A DNA stretch of 32,000 nt, from positions 3,901 through 35,900 of the forward strand of contig NZ_JAYKGW010000106.1 of the NCBI RefSeq assembly GCF_035285525.1, read 5' to 3'. Each line of letters starts with the position of its first letter. Within the stretch, counting starts at the first letter, position 1. Position numbers and translations under genes: made by a program. Positions 17,616-24,927 of the stretch are shown here, in pieces. The notes below the pieces were generated by a model that was not told the DNA's origin, made no database searches, and was given only the letters and a program-made list of their open reading frames with translations. This DNA comes from Okeania sp. GTDB taxonomy: Bacteria; Cyanobacteriota; Cyanobacteriia; Cyanobacteriales; Microcoleaceae.

Positions 17616-18008
17616 GTTGGGTTTCGTTCCTCAACCCAACCTACGTTTATTGCTAAAAATGTAGGTTGGGTAGAACGAAGTGAAACCCAACAAACAATTA
17701 TGGATGTTGGGTTTCCTTCCTCAACCCAACCTACGTTTATTGCTATTTATAATAGATAAAGAAGTGGAACTTAACAACCATAACCATGATTATTTGTTGG
17801 GTTTCGTTCCTCAACCCAACCTACGTTTATTGGTGTTTTATAATAAGTAAAGAAGTGAAACTTAACAACCATGATTATTGGTTGGGTTTCGTTCCTCAAC
17901 CCAACCTACGTTTGTTGGTGTTTTATAATAAGTAAAGAAGTGAAACTTAACAACCATAACCATGATTATTTGTTGGGTTTCGTTCCTCAACCCAACCTAC
18001 GTTTATTA
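17616..18008 (+). repeat. tandem array, 5 units of about 90 bp, each with a 37-bp hairpin core
   Basis: The core GTTGGGTTTCGTTCCTCAACCCAACCTACGTTTATTG starts at 17616, 17706, 17796, 17881 and 17972, with 0-1 mismatch between copies. It forms an 8-bp stem GTTGGGTT/AACCCAAC. An inverted variant is at 17661-17691. The inter-core segments of units 2-4 are mutually homologous. Confidence 0.9.
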
Positions 18009-18032
18009 TTAATTATTAATTATTAATTATTA
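18006..18032. repeat. TTATTAA heptamer x3.9
   Basis: The run lies between the hairpin array and the PBP start codon (18040). Confidence 0.9.
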
Positions 18033-18039
18033 TATACTT

Positions 18040-20328
18040 ATGAATAATTCTCAACCTCCCCGTAATCGTCAAACTGTCTTGGGTAATATTACTCAGGTAG
18101 TTCAAACTATTCATGCTGGTGTCAATTTTTCTGTATTGGCACTGAGACCTAATGCCAAAGTACCCGAACTTTGGATACAGGAACCAGAAGGTACTCCAGC
18201 TAAAAAATATCCTCTTTTGGGCGATCGCTATTTACTCGGACGTTCTTCCCAATCTTGTGATATTATCATTCGTAATCCTCTAATTAGCAAAATTCATCTA
18301 TCTATTTCGCGAGACTCAAATAGAACTAACACCCCTTATGTCATCAAAGATGAAAACTCTGCTAATGGTATCTATAGTGGAAAAAAAAAGATTTCTCGTT
18401 TTCGTTTGTGTCATGGTGATACCTTCACTTTAGGACCACCGGAATTAGCTAATAATGTTAAACTTCGGTATATTGACCCTCCTGCATGGTATACTATAGG
18501 ATTTCGTTATCTTGTCTTTGGTATTTTTGGGTTTACGGCTTTGGTCAGTTTAATCATTCTACTGGAATGGACAAAATTCAGTGTATACCCACTACCCAAC
18601 CCTATTACTGGTCCAGTAGTTGTCTATGCTCGTGATGGACAAACACCTTTACGTCAAGCTTCTAGAAATTCTCATTATGAATTGAGTCGTATCTCCAAAT
18701 TTTCCAAATATTTACCAGATGCGGTGGTTGCTTCTGAGGATAGTCGTTTTTATTGGCATATTGGCGTAGACCCCATCGGAATTACGAGAGCCATATTGAC
18801 AAATTTACAGGCAGATGGTATAAGGGAGGGAGGTAGTACAGTTACTCAACAGCTAGCAAGGAGTATATTTCGAGATTATGTCGGTACAGAATATTCTGCT
18901 AGTCGGAAATTACGAGAAGCAGTCGTATCATTAAAATTAGAAGCTTTTTATAGTAAGGAAGATTTATTATTATTTTATCTAAATAAAGTTTATTTAGGAT
19001 TAGATTTATACGGATTTGAAGATGCTGCCAGATTTTATTTTGGCAAGGGCGCTCAAGATTTAAGTTTATCAGAAGCAGCAACATTAGCCGGAATTTTACC
19101 AGCACCTAATAGTTTTAATCCGGTACAAAATTATCAATTAGCTATCGAAAAAAGAGATAGAGTTATTTATCGAATGCTCAGTCTCGGTATGATTAATCAA
19201 CAAGAAGCAGATAGAGCTAGGCGATCGCGAGTAGAAGTTAATCCTAAAGCTATAGAAATTATTCGAGGAACTTTAGCACCATATTATTATAGTCATGTAT
19301 TTAGGGAACTGGAAGAATTATTAGGAACAGACTTAGCAACAGAAGGAAATTTTGTAGTGGAAACCGCTTTAAACCCAAAAATTCAAAGTTATGCAGAAAC
19401 AGCTTTACAAGATAGTATTAATAATGATGGTGTTTATGCTAACTTCTCTCAAGGTGCGATAGTGACCATAAATTCTCGGAATGGAGAAGTTATTGCTTTG
19501 ACTGGAGGAGAAGATTATCAAAAAAGTCAATTTAACCGAGCGACTCAAGCACAACGTCAACCAGGTTCGACTTTTAAAGTATTTGCTTATGCTGCTGCTC
19601 TAGAAAAGGGAATATCACCAAAAAAATCATTTTCTTGTAATTCCATGAGATGGAAGGGACAAACTTACGGCGCTTGCGAACGGAGTGGTGGTAGTACAGA
19701 TATGTATAATGGTATAGCGCTTTCTGAGAATGTGGTAGCTTTGCGAGTTGCTCAACAAGCAGGTTTAGATAGGGTGGTAAGAATGGCAAAGAGTTTAGGA
19801 ATTAAGTCTAAGTTAGATGCTGTACCGGGTTTGGTGTTAGGTCAAAGTGAAGTTAATGTTTTAGAAATGACTGGTGCTTACGGGGTGTTTGCTAACGGTG
19901 GAGTTGGAAATAGACCTCATACTATTAAGAAAATTATAGATAGTAGTGATTGCGATGATAATAATAATATTGATACTTGTCGGTGCATTTATTCTTACGA
20001 TCCTAACCCCAAGTGTGATAACACCCAGGGAGATGTTCAAGCTAACCAACGTATTTTGGAACCATACATCGCAGACACTATGACTCAAATGCTCCAAGGA
20101 GTTGTAGAATATGGAACTGGTCGTAGTGCTAGTTTGGGTTTAGGAGAAGCAGGTAAAACTGGTACAACGAATCGAGGAGTGGATTTATGGTTTATTGGAT
20201 ATGTTCCTAACCAAAGTATGGTTACAGGTATTTGGTTAGGAAATGATGATAATTCTCCGACTGGTAGCAGTAGTAGTCAAGCTGCTCGGTTATGGGGAAA
20301 TTATATGGAAAAGGTGGTAGGGAAGTAA
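18040..20328 (+). CDS. class A penicillin-binding protein (GT51 transglycosylase + transpeptidase) with N-terminal cytoplasmic FHA domain
   Basis: FHA pattern: YLLGRSSQSCDIIIRNPLISKIHLSI...DENSANGIYSGKKKI...GDTFTLG. TM segment: YLVFGIFGFTALVSLIILL. GT51 motifs: ASEDSRFYWHIGVD and GGSTVTQQLAR. Transpeptidase motifs: STFK, SEN, KTGT. Confidence 0.9.
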   Translation: MNNSQPPRNRQTVLGNITQVVQTIHAGVNFSVLALRPNAKVPELWIQEPEGTPAKKYPLLGDRYLLGRSSQSCDIIIRNPLISKIHLSISRDSNRTNTPYVIKDENSANGIYSGKKKISRFRLCHGDTFTLGPPELANNVKLRYIDPPAWYTIGFRYLVFGIFGFTALVSLIILLEWTKFSVYPLPNPITGPVVVYARDGQTPLRQASRNSHYELSRISKFSKYLPDAVVASEDSRFYWHIGVDPIGITRAILTNLQADGIREGGSTVTQQLARSIFRDYVGTEYSASRKLREAVVSLKLEAFYSKEDLLLFYLNKVYLGLDLYGFEDAARFYFGKGAQDLSLSEAATLAGILPAPNSFNPVQNYQLAIEKRDRVIYRMLSLGMINQQEADRARRSRVEVNPKAIEIIRGTLAPYYYSHVFRELEELLGTDLATEGNFVVETALNPKIQSYAETALQDSINNDGVYANFSQGAIVTINSRNGEVIALTGGEDYQKSQFNRATQAQRQPGSTFKVFAYAAALEKGISPKKSFSCNSMRWKGQTYGACERSGGSTDMYNGIALSENVVALRVAQQAGLDRVVRMAKSLGIKSKLDAVPGLVLGQSEVNVLEMTGAYGVFANGGVGNRPHTIKKIIDSSDCDDNNNIDTCRCIYSYDPNPKCDNTQGDVQANQRILEPYIADTMTQMLQGVVEYGTGRSASLGLGEAGKTGTTNRGVDLWFIGYVPNQSMVTGIWLGNDDNSPTGSSSSQAARLWGNYMEKVVGK

Positions 20329-20330
20329 TT

Positions 20331-20350
20331 TCAGTTATCAGTTATCAGTA
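20331..20350. repeat. TCAGTTA heptamer x3
   Basis: Starts 2 nt after the PBP stop codon. The same heptamer is found at 24549-24572 and 22388-22424. Confidence 0.85.
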
Positions 20351-20370
20351 AGGAAAGAAGTAGGGAGTAA

Positions 20371-20403
20371 AGAAACCCGGTTTCTTCGAGAAACCGGGTT
20401 TCT
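20371..20403. other. perfect 15-bp stem / 3-nt loop hairpin (possible transcript-end or MITE core)
   Basis: AGAAACCCGGTTTCT-tcg-AGAAACCGGGTTTCT, 43 nt after the PBP stop. There is no U-tract, so it is not a canonical intrinsic terminator. The motif matches the secD-secF elements. Confidence 0.6.
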
Positions 20404-20516
20404 GGTACAAGGAAGTAAGTAGGGAAGTTGCACCGACAAAAATGCGTTTTCGTATAGGGAATGCTCCGCTTTCCATGTCCGCTCAAGCGCGAAAAACGCA
20501 CTCTACTAAACTCAAT

Positions 20517-20609
20517 TATAGTCATTCCGAATAAGAATGGAAAACTGTTTCAGCGAAAACCCTTTCACAGGAAGAAAACCTTGTCTCAATCTAAATCAGA
20601 ATGACTATA
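20517..20609. mobile_element. 93-bp element with perfect 11-bp terminal inverted repeats
   Basis: TATAGTCATTC (20517-20527) and GAATGACTATA (20599-20609). A solo copy of the right end (AATGACTATATTA) is at 24089-24101. Confidence 0.5.
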
Positions 20610-20610
20610 T

Positions 20611-20645
20611 TAATTATTAATTATCAATTATCAATTATTAATTAT
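20611..20645. repeat. TAATTAT/CAATTAT heptamer x5, containing the stop and last two codons of urtB
   Basis: The urtB stop (reverse complement of 20638-20640) and its two Asn codons lie in the run. Confidence 0.9.
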
Positions 20646-21795
20646 TAGTTCTGCCTTTTTGCGGAAATAAACCTGCTGGTTTAAGTTGTAAAAAAACAAT
20701 AATTAAAGCAAATACCATTACTTTTGCCATAGAAGTAGTTGCAAAGAAATTGAATAAATTAGTCAACATTTTCATGGTTTCTATATCTCCCAAAATTAAA
20801 GCTATAGTTCCTGAACCAATTAAATAATTAGTAATTCCAATTCCCATAGCAGCAATAACAGTACCAAATAAGTTTCCTACTCCTCCAACGACAACTACCA
20901 TAAAAGCATCGACTATATAATTTTGTCCTGTATTCGGACCGACTGAACCTAATAATGTAATTGCACAACCAGCAACTCCAGCTAATCCGGAACCTAATGA
21001 AAAAGTAATAGTATCAACTTGATTTGTGGGGATACCTAAACAAGCACTCATACTTCTATTTTGAGTGACTGCTTTAATTCTTAAGCCCCAATTTGATTTA
21101 TTCAAAAATAAGTAAATTAAGAGCAAACTTATGGCAGTTAAAATAATGATAAATATCCGAGAGTAAGGTAATTGAAATTCTCCAATAGGTAATCCACCTT
21201 GTAACCAAACTGGAGCGGTAACATCAACATTTCTGGCACTAAACCAAGGTTTGATTAATCCAGGAATTTTCAATAAAAATCCGCAAGCAATGGAGATTGT
21301 TAAAGATAAGAAAAAAATAATTGCTCTGGCTAAGTTTTTAATTTTTTCCCAATCAGAACGACGTTTTTTGACGAAATAAAGACCGCCAAAATAGAGGATA
21401 CAAAAAATTATGATACCGATAATTAAAACACCATTTACACTCCGCACAAATTGACGCAAAATCAGACTAACTCCCCAAGTTGCTAGTAGAGTTTCTAAAG
21501 GTCTACCATAGAGAAAACGTATCACTCCTTTTTCTAATATTAAACCAGCGATCGCTCCCACTATAAATGCTATGGGAATGGCGAATAAAATATAAGTATT
21601 AGCAATAGGTTCACCCATGCTATTAAAAATATTTTGAACTACGAAAGTTGCATAAGCACCTAACATCATTAGTTCGCCGTGAGCTAAGTTTATTACTCCC
21701 ATTAATCCAAAAATAATGGCTAATCCGAGAGCGACAATTAATAAAACTGAACCAATACTTATACCGTTAAATATAGCTATTAATAATTCTTGCAT
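20638..21795 (-). CDS. urtB: urea ABC transporter permease UrtB (LivH-type)
   Basis: 385-aa polytopic LivH-family permease (INLAHGELMMLGAY...), on the same strand as urtA and downstream of it. Confidence 0.85.
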   Translation of the reverse strand: MQELLIAIFNGISIGSVLLIVALGLAIIFGLMGVINLAHGELMMLGAYATFVVQNIFNSMGEPIANTYILFAIPIAFIVGAIAGLILEKGVIRFLYGRPLETLLATWGVSLILRQFVRSVNGVLIIGIIIFCILYFGGLYFVKKRRSDWEKIKNLARAIIFFLSLTISIACGFLLKIPGLIKPWFSARNVDVTAPVWLQGGLPIGEFQLPYSRIFIIILTAISLLLIYLFLNKSNWGLRIKAVTQNRSMSACLGIPTNQVDTITFSLGSGLAGVAGCAITLLGSVGPNTGQNYIVDAFMVVVVGGVGNLFGTVIAAMGIGITNYLIGSGTIALILGDIETMKMLTNLFNFFATTSMAKVMVFALIIVFLQLKPAGLFPQKGRTNN

Positions 21796-22262
21796 TTGAA
21801 GTAAGAAGTAAGAAGTTAAGAAGGGATAAGAAATTTACAGCAGTTTTTAGATTAACTAACCACATAAAAAACAATAACCCTGTAGGGAAGTTACATGCAA
21901 ATTCCCTATTTTGTGTTGTAAATAATCCTAAATGATTAGTCAAAAAACTGTAGAGGTTTGGTTTCCAAATCCCATTTTATTTTAGATTTGAATACAAAAA
22001 TCATAGGATCAAATATTACAATCTATTTAAGATTTTTATAGTCATCATTCAAGAGGTTAAAGTCAAAATTTAGTCATCTTTGAGATGACTTCAGCTATTA
22101 GCCAATGATTAAAATCCTTGACTTTAGATGACCTCGCAAGTGCGATTTTTCGGGAACCGTGCATCTTAACTCCCGTGGGTGTACTTCACCAAACTTGAAA
22201 CCGCTATATCAACGAAAATTAATAAAGCCGATAACTGTTAACTTTTGACTTTTCAGCTTTTT

Positions 22263-22424
22263 AATAAGCTTTTCAAAGTTTAGTTAAAATCAAGCAAATA
22301 TTAACTGAACTTCTACTACATTTAAAATCCGAAAATTCCAGCAAAATCACAAGTATATCTAGTTATCAACTTAAATTTAATAAAGCTGATAACTGATAAC
22401 TGTTAACTGTTAACTGAATAACTG
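22263..22424 (+). repeat. about 160-bp dispersed repeat, copy A (in the urtA-urtB spacer), ending in ATAACTG-type heptamers
   Basis: Its reverse complement aligns with 24549-24695 at roughly 85-90 percent identity by eye, for example cagctttatta..gttgataactagatatacttgtgatt..aatgtagtagaagttcagttaatatttgctt. Confidence 0.8.
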
Positions 22425-23705
22425 TTAACTAACTTTATATTTACCACCTTTATTAGGGTCGCTCCAATCACAAGCAAACCCTTTAGTTGATGGCACAAAT
22501 TGATTCCAAGGTATAGGTGCAATAGCTCCATCAGTAGACCAAACTATATTAAACAAACCATCATCACGAATTTCACCTATTCTGACAGTTTTAGAAATAT
22601 GATGATTAGCATTCATAGTAACTAAACCTTCTGGAGCATTAAAACTTTCCCCGATCGCTGCCATTCTTACTGCCTCTAAATCATCAGCAGTACCAGCTTT
22701 TTCTACTGCTTGTTTCCACAGATAAACCATAATATAAGCAGCTTCCATCGGGTCATTTGTTACTCGGTCTTCTCCATATTTTGCTTTAAAATTTTCCACC
22801 CATTTTTTATTAGTTTCTGTATCCACAGTTTGGAAATAATTCCAAGCAGCGTAATGACCAATCAAAAATTCTTTACCTATTTGTCTGACTTCTTCTTCAG
22901 CAATACTCACCGACATAACTGGATATTTATCTGGAGTCAAACCAGCACCTTTCAACTGTTTAAAAAAGGCAACATTACTATCACCATTCAGACTATTAAA
23001 AATTACTCCACCATCAGGCAAAGCTTGTTTGATTTTAGTAATAATTGGAGTAACTTCTGTATTTCCTAAAGGCAAATAATCTTCACCAACAGTAGTACCT
23101 CCTTTAGCTTTTAACTGTTCTTTAATAATTGTATTTGCAGTGCGAGGAAAAACATAATCTGAACCAACTAAGAAAAATTCTTTACCTTTATTTTCTAACA
23201 ACCAAGTTACAGCAGGTTCAATTTGTTGGTTAGGAGCAGCACCCGTATAAAAAATGTTTTTTGAACATTCTTGACCTTCATATTGTACGGGATACCAAAG
23301 CATGTGGTTCTTAGATTCAAAGACAGGTAATACCGACTTTCGGGAAGCAGAAGTCCAACAACCAAAAACAGTAACTACCTGGTCTTGATCGATAAGTTTA
23401 TTGGCCTTTTCTGCAAAAGTTGGCCAGTCAGAAGCACCATCTTCGACAATAGCTTCTATTTGTTTGCCCAATACACCACCAGCAGCATTTATTTCTTCAA
23501 TGGCTAATTTTTCAGCTTCAACTACTGTAGTTTCACTAATGGCCATTGTGCCACTGAGGGAATGGAGAATACCTACTTTTATTGTTTCCTTTGCCTCAGA
23601 TGTAGTAGTATCAGTAGTTCCACCACAAGCTTTGAGAAAAATGCTGGTTCCTAAAGCAGCGGAACTATATATTAAGAAATTACGACGTCCTAATCCTTTA
23701 CCCAT
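22425..23705 (-). CDS. urtA: urea ABC transporter substrate-binding protein UrtA
   Basis: 426 aa. RRNFL leader with LKACGG lipobox-like site. [42 protein letters not shown] and [14 protein letters not shown] match cyanobacterial UrtA as I remember it. Confidence 0.9.
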   Translation of the reverse strand: MGKGLGRRNFLIYSSAALGTSIFLKACGGTTDTTTSEAKETIKVGILHSLSGTMAISETTVVEAEKLAIEEINAAGGVLGKQIEAIVEDGASDWPTFAEKANKLIDQDQVVTVFGCWTSASRKSVLPVFESKNHMLWYPVQYEGQECSKNIFYTGAAPNQQIEPAVTWLLENKGKEFFLVGSDYVFPRTANTIIKEQLKAKGGTTVGEDYLPLGNTEVTPIITKIKQALPDGGVIFNSLNGDSNVAFFKQLKGAGLTPDKYPVMSVSIAEEEVRQIGKEFLIGHYAAWNYFQTVDTETNKKWVENFKAKYGEDRVTNDPMEAAYIMVYLWKQAVEKAGTADDLEAVRMAAIGESFNAPEGLVTMNANHHISKTVRIGEIRDDGLFNIVWSTDGAIAPIPWNQFVPSTKGFACDWSDPNKGGKYKVS

Positions 23706-23878
23706 AAAAAAGTTCTCTACTATATCAGTGAAATGACAAGCTGAACGTTAACATATTAAAATTTTGTAAACTGAATCTTTGAATACCATTAGTAAAAAAT
23801 TTATGAAATAGGGAGTAGGGTTTATTAATGGATAATGGATAATCGATAATGAATAATTGAGTTTTACTGAACAAGTGG

Positions 23879-24076
23879 AAATGTCATAGCAAGAGGTTAG
23901 GAAAAACTAGAATTTTACGACTTTTTATTTTTGCCCCCAAAGCCATCTCTAAATCTACTAGATATTGTTTCGTTTCCCTTAAAAATGTCATAGCAAGAGG
24001 TTAGGAAAAACTAGAATTTTACGACTTTTTATTTTTGCCCCCAAAGCCATCTCTAAATCTACTAGATATTGTTTCG
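23879..24076 (+). repeat. perfect tandem duplication: 94-bp identical blocks with a 104-bp period
   Basis: 23879-23972 and 23983-24076 are identical base for base, separated by tttcccttaa. Confidence 0.95.
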
Positions 24077-24107
24077 CTGTCGATCGCAATGACTATATTA
24101 TGTTAAT

Positions 24108-24148
24108 TATTAGCCTCAATTATTCCTTCTGCTTCGAGAGCGATCGCC
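24108..24148 (-). repeat. 41-bp exact duplicate of the cobN 3' end (last ~13 codons)
   Basis: tattagcctcaattattccttctgcttcgagagcgatcgcc is identical at 24108-24148 and 24933-24973. The relic reads AIALEAEGIIEANN-stop on the minus strand. Confidence 0.9.
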
Positions 24149-24201
24149 TATTATTTTACCAGCATTATTAACTGTAGAATTTCTGTCGAACTTTTCCTAT
24201 A

Positions 24202-24534
24202 TTAAAGGTTGTTAGAAAGCGCAAAAAAATCAATAGAGGGTAATTGCTTTTGTAAAATAAGTAAAACTTTCTCAATTAATTCTTGATCATTTGGGGAAGT
24301 TTTTTTAGGTTGTTCATGTATATCTTTATTTTCTCATTCTTTCATAGCTTCTTTATAAATATTATCAATAGTTTCATTTTTCAAGAATTGCTATTTAAGT
24401 TTCACATAATCTCCTTGAATTCCTAAGTTTAAAGTGGTAATAATATCTAAAAACTTAGAAGGTTCTAATTGATTAAAGAATATTAATAACGCTTCTTGGA
24501 TAATTTTATCATTATAAATTAGGTTCGTTTTCAT
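24202..24534 (-). pseudogene. decayed small gene: one 110-codon frame interrupted by in-frame TAG (24391-24393) and TGA (24334-24336)
   Basis: My own translation gives MKTNLIYNDKIIQEALLIFFNQLEPSKFLDIITTLNLGIQGDYVKLK*QFLKNETIDNIYKEAMKE*ENKDIHEQPKKTSPNDQELIEKVLLILQKQLPSIDFFALSNNL*. By my rough estimate, a random frame in DNA this AT-rich should meet a stop about every 15 codons. Only the first 47 codons could currently be translated. Confidence 0.35.
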
Positions 24535-24548
24535 CACATACCACTAAA

Positions 24549-24695
24549 CAGTTATCAGTTATCAGTTATCAGCTTTATTAACTTAAAGTTGATAACTAGA
24601 TATACTTGTGATTGTGCTTGAATTTTCGAGTTAAAAATGTAGTAGAAGTTCAGTTAATATTTGCTTCAATTTAACTTGACTTTGAAAACCTTAGA
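24549..24695 (-). repeat. same repeat, copy B, inverted relative to copy A
   Basis: See copy A. A 19-bp fragment of the family (aacttctactacattttta) is also at 29462-29480. Confidence 0.8.
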
Positions 24696-24927
24696 TGAAG
24701 TGAACAGGATTGATGGTTTTTCAAGAAAGGTTTTGACAACTTGATATCTCAAATATGTCACACATTTAGCAATTATAATTTGCAAGCATTCAGCTATTAG
24801 AAGTCAGCTATTCCTACGGAATGCTTACTATAATTTAATACTCATAATCAGTATAGTCGGCAAATATATCTATTTATCAGACGAGTCTATAATTTTGAAT
24901 ATTTGCCTACTATCTGAGATTTATTAA

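Noticed and set aside
17616-18008. Regularly spaced 37-bp repeats that superficially resemble a CRISPR array
   Set aside because: The ~53-bp 'spacers' of units 2-4 are homologous to one another and are decayed inverted copies of the repeat itself. There are only 5 units and no cas genes or leader. It is a tandem minisatellite or palindromic-element array.
20331-20525. 64-codon minus-strand ORF
   Set aside because: It spans the heptamer run, the perfect AGAAACCCGGTTTCT hairpin and the GC-rich island. It is repeat-derved read-through with no coding signature.
22710-23736. Plus-strand ORFs 22710-23069 and 23401-23736
   Set aside because: They are antisense to urtA and have no independent support.
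23706-23878. NtcA site (GTA-N8-TAC) expected upstream of urtA
   Set aside because: I checked every GTA and TAC in this interval and none has the N8 partner. The promoter may lie further upstream, beyond or within the tandem duplication, so I make no call.
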